Part shown: piece by piece, positions 36,811 to 49,424 of the stretch | Numbering within the stretch: position 1 is the first letter of the stretch | Layout: each line of letters starts with the position of its first letter | NCBI RefSeq assembly: GCF_028641065.1 | Contig: NC_073390.1 | Span: forward strand, 43,214,001 to 43,278,000 | DNA: 64,000 nucleotides | Source of the DNA: Leucoraja erinacea | Lineage: Eukaryota | Direction of reading: 5' to 3' | Made by a program: the position numbers and the translations under genes | Notes under the pieces: generated by a model | The model's database searches: none | What the model was told of the DNA's origin: nothing | What the model saw: the letters and a program-made list of their open reading frames with translations, nothing else

Positions 36811-38769
36811 GGGTAGATGAAAGGAGGGATTTAGTTAGTTCCCCCCCTTTCTTTTCCCCCTCTCTCTATTGCTAAGTCATTGACTTGTGTGTTTCAGTCT
36901 TCACACCACAGTCTGGGACATTCCACAGATTAAATAACTGAACAGTGGCAGCACCATTATAATCACTAGCAGGAGTCAATATGATTATGCCCAATAATCT
37001 CTTCAACATTTTATGGAAACCAAGATGTTTTCTGAGCAGAAAGGAGAAACAATTGGTGCTGTTAAATTCTGATGTAAATGAGTTGCATTCAATTTATTTC
37101 ATGGTCAAATTGGAATTGTATATCATTCTACAAGTATTTAAATTAAAATCAGTTGTTCTAGGGAACTCTCACAGTCTAATATGTTTGGCTTTATTTATGG
37201 AATAACGATATATAATGTGCATAATGGGGAAGTGATACACTGGGATTGCATTGAAATAGAATATATAAACTCACTTAATCCACTTCATGCCAGAAACCAT
37301 CCAATACCTAATTTAAGGATGTTACACTATTACAGTTACATCAGAATTTATTTTTCTTCTAATTACGTGGATTATTCATGAGATGACTACTTCATTCGAG
37401 CTTGTGTATGAAGCAATACAAGAAGAAATGGTACTAAAGTTCAATTTTACATAAAATGCCTGCAAATACAATTTTGACATTGAATCACTTTAAACAGTCC
37501 TTGCCGCAGTTTGGAACAAAAATAGCCCATTCTGCAAAATGTACATTGTGTCCAAAACTGATCTCAGCACAAAACGGCCATTCTGGGTATTCTGATGAAC
37601 ACCCACGCCTGCTGGTAATGTGGATCTCAGAACAGTCAGGTCAGATATTCTTAGTGATATACGTTAGGCAATTGATGTAATCAGATTTCTCCAAATAAAT
37701 TATCTTGGTTAAAATCTCAAATTTGTATAAAATCAATTTTACCCTAAAATACTTCGACATACAAAATAGTTATAACTGCTGCAAATCCATTTGATTGAAC
37801 ATTTTTAATCATTTGCATTCATAAAGATGCTGCCTGCTAACAAACCATTCTACCATTCCAATTCTAATTAGTATTGAGATATTACAGTTGACTGAACCAT
37901 GAACATATGTGGAAATTAAAACTATCAGTGGGAACATCAGGATAGTTGAAATTCAACAACATAATCTAAATACTGGTTTCAGGAATTTGCCATCTGCCTT
38001 TCAGAAATGATTCCAATTAAAACAGGTATTCGAAAAGGCATTCAGAGTCCTGTGGAACATATTATTCTAGAATCGTAAAGAGACATCTGTTCAAAATCCA
38101 TATTAAAAACCATGTAAACTCACTAACTCTTACTTATTAAAGAAAGCCAGGTTATATCATTTTTCTACCCAAATTAATTAGCAATAGTAAGTAGTGTTCT
38201 CCCAGATCTTTGACAATTCCATACTAGGTACCTTAATTAAAGAACAATTGGCTAGTGAAGTATTTGTATGTCTTGTATTAGGTGTCAACAGAGCTACTGT
38301 TTAAGTTAATGCGACTTCGAGAACACAGGTCATTTTCTCAATTGAAAAGCTTTATTTGCCTCTCCACTTGCAACAATAGCTTTTCAGGGATGTCAACACA
38401 ATTATCAAAGGTTTAAAATTCAAGTTGCAGTTGTAAATTATCTTTAATGAAGTCAAAGTTCCCATGGCACTTAACAGGCCCATCTGTTGAAAAACTATCA
38501 GAGCCAAAGGAGACATCAGGCTGGGTACCCAAAGTCTTGGTCAAGGAAGGATATTTTAACTCGGAAAAGTGGTGAGGTGTAGGGAATTAATGAAGGACTT
38601 CATGAAGTTCTGGCCCAATGACTGAAAATATGGCTCCCCTTGGTTAGCCTAGAGAGTGGAGAGGTGGAAAACACAATGGTTTGAGAGGCCTGCAGTCTTT
38701 GGAAGATGGAGTTAACATAGATGGGAAAGGCATACAATAAGGGATGATGTGCTCAACTATCTTAAATTA

Positions 38770-39235
38770 GATATCGGTGAGACCAAGCGGAGGTTGGGCG
38801 ATCGTTTCGCCGAACACCTCCGCTCGGTCCGCAATAACCAAGCTGACCTCCCGGTGGCTCAGCACTTCAACTCCCCCTCCCACTCCGCCTCCGACCTCTC
38901 TGTCCTGGGTCTCCTCCATGGCCACAGCGAGCAGCACCGGAAATTGGAGGAACAGCACCTCATATTCCGTTTGGGGAGTCTGCACCCCGGGGGCATGAAC
39001 ATCGAATTCTCCCAATTTTGTTAGTCCTTGCTGTCTCCTCCCCTTCCTCAGCCCCCCTGCTGTCTCCTCCCATCCCCCAGCCTTCTGGCTACTCCTCCTT
39101 TTCCCTTTCTTGTCCCCACCCACCCCCGCCCCCGATCAGTCTGAAGAAGGGTTTCGGCCCGAAACGTTGCCTATTTCCTTCGCTCCATAGATGCTGCTGC
39201 ACCCGCTGAGTTTCTCCAGCTTTTTTTTGTGTAAC
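38770..39235 (+). mobile_element. 5'-truncated Penelope-like retroelement: C-terminal GIY-YIG endonuclease region plus 3' repeat with hammerhead
   Basis: Frame reads IGETKRRLGDRFAEHLRSVRNNQADLPVAQHFNSPSH...RKLEEQHLIFRLGSLHPGGMNIEF. Perfect 13-bp TSD ctatcttaaatta at 38757-38769 and 39236-39248. Confidence 0.9.
39133..39176 (+). ncRNA. Minimal type I hammerhead ribozyme motif in the Penelope 3' repeat
   Basis: CTGAAGA-A-GGG-TTTCGG-CCC-GAAAC-GTT (core 39141-39168). Palindromic ACGT in place of helix III. Flanks can form an interrupted helix I. Confidence 0.7.
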
Positions 39236-40932
39236 CTATCTTAAATTATTATCGTTTCTAAACTGTTTTGCATTTCCATTTGTGCGTCAGCAACAGCACT
39301 GGAGATATGAACAGACTTCCATGAGCTACGTGCAAAATGTTGCTCTGCATTTAAATAAACAAATAAATCACATTATCAAATTAAACAAATCCAATTAAGG
39401 CAAGTATAACAAAGCAGGCGTTGATGCAACGACGTATATTGACCACAGTGATCCATTATGACCATAAGTCCTATAAATGTCTGCAGCTTGAGAATGTTTG
39501 CCCAAGAGTTCATGAACAAAGTTTTTCATGTTCGGTTTGCTGGCAAAACAACACACAGAAGTGGCAGAACAACTGTAGGCAACCATTAGCATAACCTTTG
39601 GGGCAACATATGGAACAGTAATTTATAGAAATCAGTTTACATCTGTGAGTGAGTAAGCAAGCAGGCAGTCTCAGAGCTTCAGCAAAGTACAGTTGGAACG
39701 GGAACAAAAATCAGAGTGCTGGTCGTACTTAGCAGCTAATGCAGCATTTCTGGAGACCTGATAGACAATAGATAATAGACGATAGAAGTATATAAAATCA
39801 TGAGAGGCATAGTTAGGGTAGACAGCCAGAACCTATTTTACAGGATGGAATAATCAAATACTAGAGGGCATAACATTAAGGTGAGAGGGGTAAATTTGTG
39901 TTAGGCAGGTTTTTTTACACTGACGACTGGTAAGTGATGGAACACGATGTGGGGGGGGGGGGGGGGGGGGCGGTGCTGGGTACTGGAACAGGGCACTGAT
40001 TGGGGATGATCAGTCATGATCACATTGAATGGCGGTGCTGGCTCGATGGGCCGAATTGCCTACTCCTGCACCTATTGTCTTATTGTCTATTGTCTATTGA
40101 AACCTCTGTGGAAATGTTCATTCTGCCAGTATGTGTTTCTGAATGTGGGAGAGGGATCCCCTGTGGAGTGCAATCAGTGCTGAGAACATCACACCATGAT
40201 CACTCAGCAGTGTAGGGAAGGTCAAAGGAAATATAGTTACATGGGAATCTGGGAATCCACAGTTAGGGAGGCAGATGGGCATTACTGCAGTCACAGATAT
40301 GCTTCCAGGATGGTTTTAACACAGCATGCAATGCCCGCTGACTGGCATGTATGTGGACTTGGTGAGTAAGGAATTTTAATGAGATAAGTGCAAAATGTAG
40401 CTCTGTATTTAAATATACAAATAAATCACACTAATAATACAAATCAAACTAAGTTGATGGAGAGCTACTAAACTAAGTTAATTAAGTTCAGTATAGAGAA
40501 GCAGGTGATCGTTCAATGTTGCACAATAACCATTGTGATCTATTATGACAATATCAATGGTAATGTCTGCAGCTTGAGAAAGGTTGGGCCAGAGTTCATG
40601 AGCTGGAGTTTGAGATTTGGACACTGTGACACAGCAGGGAGGGGAACATTAGTTGGACGCCATTCCAAAAGGCAGAATTAGTCAGTCAAGATGAACATGA
40701 GGTTTTGACTGTAACTGAGAGGGGGCTATGGCAATCTCAAAAATAGTATTGGACAAGTTCAGTCCTTGCCCTTGAGCGACAGTTGTGTAATTCCTATAGA
40801 GTTTGGACAAGAAGGAACTGTGGGGTCGAAAATTTAACTGATCATAACATCGTGGAAGAAAGGGGCTTTTAAGTAGGGGAGTGAATAGAAATGTAATACT
40901 GATAGGAGACAATATTGATGGCAGGTAAGATA

Positions 40933-41137
40933 CCTAAGATAGACACAAAGTCCTGGAGTAACTCAGCGGGTCAGGCAACATCTCTGGAGAACATGGATGG
41001 GAAATGATTCGGGTCGCAACCCTTCTTTAGACCCGAAACGTCAACCTTCCTTTTCTCTCTGCCTAACCCGCTGAGTTACTCCAGCACTTTGTGTCTGTCT
41101 TTGGAATAAACAAGCATCTATAGTTCTTTCCTATACA
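40933..41137. mobile_element. Inverted pair of Penelope-derived terminal repeats
   Basis: Arms join within the hammerhead. Perfect 12-bp TSD gcaggtaagata at 40921-40932 and 41138-41149. Confidence 0.85.
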
Positions 41138-42169
41138 GCAGGTAAGATATTGTTATTTACAGAGAGGAGTATGTTTCCGGAAAGCTTTACTTCCTGCATG
41201 GTGGTAGAGTAAGCACATGGCCTTAGAGCTGGAGTGGAACTTGGAGTGGGAAGTTGGAATGGGCAGGGAAGATCCACTTGTTCTGGTCCATGTGGGAAAT
41301 AAATAGAATAACAGGGCAAAGAAGAAGTTTCTGTAGACATTACATGAGCAGCATAGGTCCAAATGTAGAATTGGAATTGCAAAGATGATAATCACCAGTT
41401 TACTAACCGACAATTGGCGTACGATCAATGAATTTAGATTATCACATTAGTAGCTCAAAGATTTTTGTGGAAAGAATGAGCTTCAATATCAGCATTGGGG
41501 AATAAGAGAATAGTTGGGACAAGCTTCACTTGAAACAGACTGAGACTGGTTTCTTTGAACATTGAATAACCAGAAAAAGCTTTAAACTAAATAATGTAAT
41601 GGAGAGCTGGAGAGAAAGAACAAGGTGATTATACAGGGTTATGAAATGGGTAATGATAACTGGAATCTGCCAGCATACCACCAAGTGAACAGACATAAGA
41701 GTATACATCTCCAATTAGGATCAGGAATAGAGGAAATGGTAGAAACGAGTAAATTAATGTATACGGCACTTACAAAAATATAAATGAATCAATGGCATTT
41801 TTTTTTAAAATAAACGGGAAACAGCAACTTGAAAGTAAATCAGCCTTAAAAGAATTTAGGAAGGAGATTCAAGGGATTCAGATTATATATATTGTCAAAA
41901 AGAACAGGGCTGGGGACTTCGAAATCTGAACTTCACACATCACAAAGTGCCACACAAGGCAAAACAGGATGGCTTACAGCAAATACTAAGAAGAAAATAT
42001 AATAGAAAAACCCAGAACAATATAGAAAATGTAGGAATGAAACTAAAAGAAAACGTAGGAAAAGCACAGAGATGACATGAACACATATTTGCCAGTAAAA
42101 TTACAGAAAATTCCATGTTTGTTTGTATGTATATCGGGAGCAAGAGGATAATGAAGTAAAGAATATTGC

Positions 42170-42340
42170 TTGGAGATACAAGGAACTGCAGAAGCTGAAA
42201 TCTTGAACAAAACACAAAATGCTGGAGGAATTCAGCAGGTCAGGCAGCATTGAAGGAGGGAATGGACGGGCAATGATGCTTCCTGATCCGAAATGTTGCC
42301 AGTCCATTTGCCCCACAGATGCTGCCTGACCCGCTGAGTT
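42170..42340. mobile_element. Inverted pair of Penelope-derived terminal repeats (degenerate)
   Basis: tcagcaggtcaggcagcat ... atgctgcctgacccgctgag. Confidence 0.65.
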
Positions 42341-42485
42341 GCAGTATAGGTTATTGGGAACCAGACTATATACAGTAGCTTCTGTGTCAATGTAGAAGAT
42401 GTCGGCAAATGCCTGTATCGCAGCTGTCTTCACAAAAGGGGGATGCTGCTGGTGGTTCAGTTTAGGTAAACAAGTGTGAAACATT

Positions 42486-42890
42486 CATCATTCATTCATC
42501 ATCGTTGAAAACATTAGCGACGCAGTGGTGCTGGTTTCCAACGGGAACGGTGACGGACGCACCACACATCTCGGTCCTCCAGTTCCTGCGGACTTCCGCT
42601 GCTGGAAGTATAGGATTTTGGTGTATGTGTGTTCTTTATCATCATTCCTTATAATGCTGTTTACGGCAGTGATCGCAATTTCTACTGAAGTGAGGATGGC
42701 CGCTGGCTCGCTGGAAGCTCATCCGCCCTTTGACAGGTCTTGTTTTTGGTCCTGCTGGGGGTCCACAGCCCTCTCCTCACCTGGCAAACCAGGTGGGGGA
42801 GACGGTTTAGTCGCTAAATATCCGATCATGCAACAGGTAGCACGGGATTACATGGTACCCGTGGAGGGGGGGAACTCCCCCGACCTGACC
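42486..42890 (-). mobile_element. Putative short non-autonomous RTE-like element (5' UTR joined to 3' end)
   Basis: TSD-like tgaaacatt (42477-42485) and tgaaatatt (42891-42899). (GAT/GAAT)n tail; hairpin-rich 5' part. The family call is tentative. Confidence 0.45.
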
Positions 42891-43411
42891 TGAAATATTG
42901 GAGATGATAAACATTATAAAAGAGGAAGCACAATGGGGGATTAGCATCTCTGAAAATTGATGAATTGCTGGGTCTGCATGTAACATATTCCTGGTTGTTA
43001 AAAGAAGGAAAGAACCGCCTTGTAGCTGCTGTAATTCTCCACAGACTCGCCTAGCGTTCAAGGCTCCAGGGGATTGGAGAAATGCTAATGCTGTACAGTT
43101 GTATAAAAGACATAAAATAATAAAATAAGTATTTGCCAACCAATTACTTTAAATTCAGGGTGGACAAATTACTGTAAATCATTCTAAGGTTCAGTAAAAC
43201 CCTTCACAATAATGCAGAAATTATGTGGAGACGGTGACTTTGTCGAGAGGCAAGAGTCAAGAGTTTTTAATTGCCATATGTACCAAAAACTGAACAATAA
43301 AATTGTGACTTGCAGCAGTGTAACAGGTCTGTAAACATAGTACTCATGGATAACATAGATTAATCTGCATGGCCAGACGTGAATGCCCAAGATCTGGTTC
43401 TCAGAAGATTG

Positions 43412-43802
43412 GATCTTATAGAAACATATAAAATTCTTAAAAGGATTGGACAGGCTAGATGCAGGAAAAATGTTCCCTGATGTTGTGGGAGTCCAGAAGC
43501 AGGAGATACAGTTTAAGAATAAGGGGTTGGCCATTTAGGACTGAGATGAGGAAAAACTTCAACACCAAGAGAGTTGTGAATCTATGGAATTCTCTGCCAC
43601 AAAAGGCAGTGGAGGCCAATTCATTGGATGTTTTCAAGAGAGAGTTAGATTTAGCTCTTAGGGCTAAAGGAATCAAGGGATATGGGGAAAAAAAGCAGGA
43701 ACGGGATACTGTTTTTTGATGATGAGCCCAGATCATATTGAATGACGGTGCTGGCTTGAAGGGCCAAATGGCCAACTCCTGCACCTATGTTTCTATGTTT
43801 CT
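43412..43802 (+). mobile_element. CR1 3' fragment inserted into one arm of an inverted duplication
   Basis: gatcttatagaaacatataa through the ctatgtttctatgtttct tail. Confidence 0.88.
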
Positions 43803-44849
43803 AACCTCCTAGTTCATCGAAGGCTTCTTGTTGGGGAATATTCGAATAAATAAAAGAAAATTAAATGAATTAAAAAAAAGATTTGTGCAAATGAAAGACA
43901 CAATGTTCCTAGCATAACCAAGACGGTTCATAGTTTGTACATGACTTGGTGTTTGTAGTGTTCAAGAGTAGAAGACCAGGTCATGTTCAAGAACTCCACA
44001 ATGGACCTGAATGAATATGCCTCAGTTGTTTTCCAGCTTCATAAGGAAATGTTTTAAGGAGTCCGTTCCCCAACAAGAAGCCTTCGATGAACTAGGAGGT
44101 TCACAATCTTCTGAGAACCAGATCTTGGGCATTCAAGCCTGGTGATGCAGATTCATACAAGAAGTCCAGATACTACACCTCAAATATTGAGGTAATAATG
44201 GAGTCTGTGGATATTACGAAAATTGACCATGTGCCTGGATGGAGGAAAACTATAGACTGAAGAAAATACAGATGGTCTTGGCTGTTGAGCAGAACAGTTA
44301 ATCCAGGGAATTGTGAGGCAATGCACTTGTTGTGACCATAAGGCAAAGGAATGCAAAATAAACAAGAATACAGAGAGGGTTGGAAGAAGGAAGGGACCTA
44401 GAAATGTTCATCTAAAGATTCTTAACAATTGCAGAATATGCCTATAATATGTTTTAAAAAAGACCACACACAATGCTTACCTTGGATAATCTCTTTATTA
44501 TCAGAGGTGTAGCTTATTAGAGGGCAGTCACTTAAGGCAAACTGGTCCCATGAATCCCTGCCACCAGGCATTGTGACTATCATAGAAAACAAAATGGCTC
44601 AGTTCACTGCCTTGGACCTGATAATGAAGCTTTTCACCACCAACTTCAGGCTTCAAATCAAAATTCTTTGTTTTGGAGGCATTTGACCTCAATAGGAATT
44701 AACTAGGGACGATAGCACACTGCACAAGTTGTCATTACAAAATAAGGTGTAGAAGCCTTAGGGTATGGCAATGCACAGAGCATTGCTATGTGCCTTCGCA
44801 TGGAAAATCTAACTAATAACAACTAAGATTTTCACTGAGGTGACACTGA

Positions 44850-45090
44850 AGCAGCACAATGTCACAGCTCTAACAACTCAGGTTAAATCTTGGCCTCCTA
44901 TGTTGTCTGCATGGAGTTTGAACGTCCTGTTTGCCCCGCGGCAGTTTCCTCTGGGCATTCTACTTTCCTCCAACATCCCAAAGATGTGCGGGTTGATAGA
45001 TTAACTGGCCACTGAAAATTGCTCCTGGTGTGTAGGCGGGTGGTAGAATCTGGGGAGAGTTGATAGGAATGTGGAGAGAATAGATTACAA
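44850..45090 (+). mobile_element. V-SINE (degenerate)
   Basis: tctgcatggagtttg...tttcctccaacatcccaaagatgtgcggg. Confidence 0.6.
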
Positions 45091-45147
45091 GAAAAATGAC
45101 AAGGCATATGTTACAAGATACAAGGAATTGTAAATTATTTCACAAGA

Positions 45148-45294
45148 AAAAGGACACAAAGCGCTGGAGTAACTCAACAGGTCAGGCAGCATCTCTGGAG
45201 GACATATGTTGGGAGACTCTACCTGACCCGTTGAGTTACTCCAGCACTTTGTGTCTGATTTGTAAACTGGCATCTGCAGTTCCTTGTGTGCACA
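45148..45294. mobile_element. Inverted pair of Penelope-derived terminal repeats lacking the ribozyme core
   Basis: gacacaaagcgctggagtaactcaacaggtcagg ... cctgacccgttgagttactccagcactttgtgtc. Confidence 0.75.
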
Positions 45295-45399
45295 ACTTAT
45301 CTCTTGTAATCTATTCCTTGCAAATAGTTTCCAAGAAAAAGTTAGTTCAACCCACAAACTCAATGGGCTGAAAAGGTGACGCTCTAAGTCATAGCATTG

Positions 45400-45710
45400 A
45401 TCCAGAACAAGGGGTCACAGTTTAAGGATAAGGGGGAAATCTTTTAGGACCGAGATGAGAAAACCATTTTTCACACAGAGAGTGGTGAATCTCTGGAATT
45501 CTCTGCCACAGAAGGTAGTTGAGGCCAGTTCATTGGCTATATTTAAGAGGGAGTTAGATGTGACCCTTGTGGCTAAAGGGATCAGGGGGTATGCAGAGAA
45601 GGCAGGTACAGGATACTGAGTTGAATGATCAGCCATGATCATATCGAATGGTGGTGCAGGCTCGAAGGGCCGAATGGCCTACTCCTGCACCTATTTTCTA
45701 TGTTTCTATA
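45400..45710 (+). mobile_element. CR1 3' fragment, same subfamily as the 53-56 kb copy
   Basis: Near-identical to the reverse complement of 53270-53580. Confidence 0.88.
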
Positions 45711-45745
45711 AGAAGTTCGGGAAACAATGATGTGATTCCTTTTAA

Positions 45746-46752
45746 AGTAGGTATGTTACAATACTTACCTTCAGCGACGCTGTAATTCTGCCACTGGCCG
45801 TGTGCGCGATTTTGCCGTGTTTGAAGGGGGGAGGGGGGAGGGGTTAAAACGGAGTTTTTTCCCCGACCTGGTCCTGAATTATATTTTGTTGGAGTGCAAG
45901 ATGTTGCTAAAGAATCGTTCCTACGACCGTTCTGTGTGATTTAAAAGAAAATTCACCCGACAAGTTAATCGCTGGAATGATTTTAAAATCAGCTTCAGAA
46001 GCCGTCAATGCCGACAACGGGGACGGATTTTATGGAGGGCCAGGTAAAAGAAAGTAGTTTATTTTTATGTATAAAAGTGTTTCTTAAGATGTATTTAATT
46101 CACATTTTAAGTTGCGAAATGGTGATTTTTTCCCACGAAGAACCGGCAGTGTATTTGCTGCCGATATGGGGGACTAAATTCACTGCAGCCTGAACGTTCC
46201 AAATGGTCCCGTTCCAGAAAACATTAAATTCCTTCCATTGGCCTATAAACCCATGACACTGAGATTTAAAAATTATGTTGTATTCTGAATTCTTGTGTGA
46301 ATGTTATTTGGACACTTAGGTTATTTAAAAATATTCATCTATTCTTAAGAAATGGATAGATATTTAGATCTATTAATTCAATTTTGTAATTAGCTACAGT
46401 TAGGTAACTAACTAATTATATGCTTTAATTTCAAGTCATCTAAGTAAGATTGTTTCATATTTGTTTCAGAATGCTTCAATCTAGAATAACTGAAAATTTC
46501 TTTCAGTTCTCTTATATTTTAAGAAAGTTATCGGCTTTTAAATGTTCTCGATCACAGCTTTTGTGTTAAGTCAATGAAAAAACAATAGGGAACAAGATGC
46601 CAATTTCCGAGTATGAAAATGGCCATAGCTTTTTTAATACTGAAGATATGAAAGTGAATTAGGTGTCAAATTAAACTTCTTTTTATGCTTTATCTGATGG
46701 GGTAAATTAAAGACTTGATTTTTAAAATCTCAAAATTTTGCAACATTGCAAT
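45746..46752. mobile_element. Possible non-autonomous Kolobok-like DNA transposon (~1 kb)
   Basis: TTAA on both sides. Imperfect termini agtaggtatgttacaa / ttgcaacattgcaat. CpG-rich left end, AT-rich right part. Confidence 0.45.
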
Positions 46753-47282
46753 TTAAAGGAGGATTTAATTAAAAAATTGATTATAATTTGATTTTAAAAA
46801 AAGCAGAAATAAAGGCACAGTATTATTTAGGAAACATCATTTACTCTGTTGAAATGGTGCTTCGAGACATGTTGTGGAGAAGTAATTTATGGAAAAATAT
46901 ATTTTTTGATGGGTCCACTTGCCTTGAACTTAGATTGCACTATGTTTTGTTCAGCATAAGCATGGTTCTGTTCAGTGCCGATGCCAAATCAACCTCTGTA
47001 AAGAAATGCCAAAATCCACTGAAAAACAGCATTTGTGTAGTGTACACTCAGAAGCAAGGCTCTGTGTAATTCCTGCCAGGTCCTTAATCATTTAGCATTG
47101 CACCCGACATTGAGCTGTGCAGTAATGAGAGAAGGGCACAGACCTTGAAATGTACACTTACTATAATAGCCACACAACAACAACATACACTCCTTTGAGG
47201 AGACAAGCTGAAGGGGTGGGAAAAGTTTGCATATTCATTAAAGGATGTATAAATCATGGTCTACAAGGTGTATACAAGATAA

Positions 47283-47475
47283 GCCACAGATGTCTGTGGA
47301 GGCCAAGTCAATGGATATTTTTAAAGTGGAGATTGACAAATTGTTAATTAGTAAGGGTGTCAGGGGTTATGGGAAGAAGGCAGGAGAATGGAATTGAGAG
47401 GGAAAGATAGATCAGCCATGATTGAATGGCAAAGTAGACTTGATGGGCCGAATGGCCCAATTCTGCTCCTTGAAC
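47283..47475 (+). mobile_element. CR1 3' end
   Basis: gtggaggccaagtcaatggat...gatgggccgaatggcc. Confidence 0.75.
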
Positions 47476-47662
47476 TTTTGAAGAGGAAAGTCCAGGGGAC
47501 CAGGGCAGGTGTGGCTCAATTTGAAGCCTCTGTGATCTCACAATGGAGGAATGTGGAAATATCACAGCCTCTGAAAATAAATCGAGATGATCAACACACT
47601 TTTTACAGCTGCAGAGTGAACTTCCACACGAGCAACGCATTCTCCATAGAGGTTTCGCAAAG

Positions 47663-47962
47663 GGGCAGCACAGTGGCACAACTGGTGGAGCTGCTGCTTT
47701 GCCGCACCAGAGACCCAGGTTCAATCCAGACCTGAAGTGCTGTCTGTTCTCTCTGTGACCTCGTAGATTTCATCCGGGTGCTCCGGTTTCCTCCCACGTG
47801 CCAAAGACGTGCAGGTTTGTGGGTTAATTGGCCTCTGTAAAATTGCCCCTTACGTGTAGAGACAGAATGAAAAAATAAGATAACATTGAACTAGTGTGAA
47901 CGGGTCAGCATGGGGTTGGCAGGCCAAAGGGCCTGTTGCCATGCTGTATCTCTAAACTAAAT
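47663..47962 (+). mobile_element. HE1-like V-SINE
   Basis: Head ggcagcacagtggc...ggttcaatcc, V core, tail tatctctaaactaa. Confidence 0.8.
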
Positions 47963-48316
47963 TAAAGTCTGAGTTCCTTAAATGTGGTGCCATTCATCAG
48001 GAAATGCAGAAATGTCAGAGCAAACCACTTACGTAATTAGAACAGGGATTCACTTATTCATTTGTCTGCTATACTCAATGCAAGTAACAAGCAAAGCAGA
48101 TGTGAAGGAATTTCATGCATCATCTGAGTTCCCTGCCTGTGTTAATGATTGGACTGTCGCAAGGGAAGTTCCTGAGTGAAGTGTCTTCCTATCAGGGAGT
48201 CCCTCGTACTTTGTGTCAACATTGTTTTTCTTCTCTGATCAATTATAACACGGGGCTGTGGATGCTGAGCAGGGACATCCCCTGGCATCTGCCTTCTTCC
48301 TCCTGCTTTTACTATC

Positions 48317-48595
48317 AGTCACAGAGTTACACAGCATGGAAACAGGCCCTTCAGCCCGACTCCTCCATGCTGCCCAGAATGTCCCATTTGCCCGCATTTG
48401 GCTCATATCCCTCCAAACCTGTCCAAATGTTGTAATGCGTACATGCTTCAACCACCTCCTCTGGCAGCTCATTCCATATATTCACCACCCTCTGAGTGAA
48501 AATGTTGCACCTCAGGTTCCTATTGAATCTTTCCCTGCTCAATTTAAATCTATGTCTTCTGGTTTTTGACTCCCTTCCCCTGGGCAAAAGACAGA
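48317..48595 (-). mobile_element. CR1 3' fragment
   Basis: ESKTRRHRFKL...FTQRVVNIWNELPEEVVEA peptide. Confidence 0.8.
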
Positions 48596-48711
48596 AGTTC
48601 TCTGGAAGCAGAATCTTCACTGATAGGTACACTATTTGTTTGCCCAGTGGTCCTTCATCCACACTGATTGGCCAAGCATGGTCATCGTGATGCTTTGAGA
48701 GTAGAACATCA

Positions 48712-48892
48712 TGAGTAACTCAGCGGGTCAGACAAAATCTTGGAGGACATAGTTATGCTATGTTCAGGAACTAGAATTTTCTTCAGAGTCTAAGGAAATG
48801 TCACCTATCCCTATCCTGAGACACTGCTTGACCCGCTAAATTACTGTGTGTTCGATACAAGATTCCAGCATCTGCAGTTCCTTTTGCCTCCA
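48712..48892. mobile_element. Degenerate inverted pair of Penelope-derived repeats
   Basis: gagtaactcagcgggtcag ... tgacccgct...ccagcatctgcagttcc. Confidence 0.6.
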
Positions 48893-49424
48893 CGATGCTT
48901 CCAGTACTGGAGAGTTGCCAGTGGCATCATTATGGAGGCATTCAGCGCAGTAGATAAATGCTGGGGAGATTACTTCCTGCTAGGTTAATATTGGAAGATG
49001 TTTGAACAACCTGTTGTGAGTTCTGAAGATGGCTAATCAAATCTCACAATATCAGCACTATTCCCTGTGAAATAGAAAAGCGAAACAAACTGATCCAACG
49101 TGCGTGCCCCTAGTTCTATGGGGGTTGTTCCATAGCAGTCAGTGAGGATCTTTGATTTCTAATTTACACTGGCATTGCTGGGAAAGGATATTATGCAAAT
49201 AATCAAGTCAGTGGGTAGCAGGAGAATTAGCGGACAGGTCATATGGAAATGAGAGAGAATATGTCTACAAGGAAATCAGTTGGGGGTGAGGGTTTGCTGG
49301 GATTGTTCAGTGAGCTGGCATTGACCTGATGAACTGAATAAGCTTCTGCTGTGTTGTGAAGAAAGATGGCATGAGACCTGAAATGTCATCTCTGTTGAGT
49401 ATTATCAGCTTTGAATATTACCAC

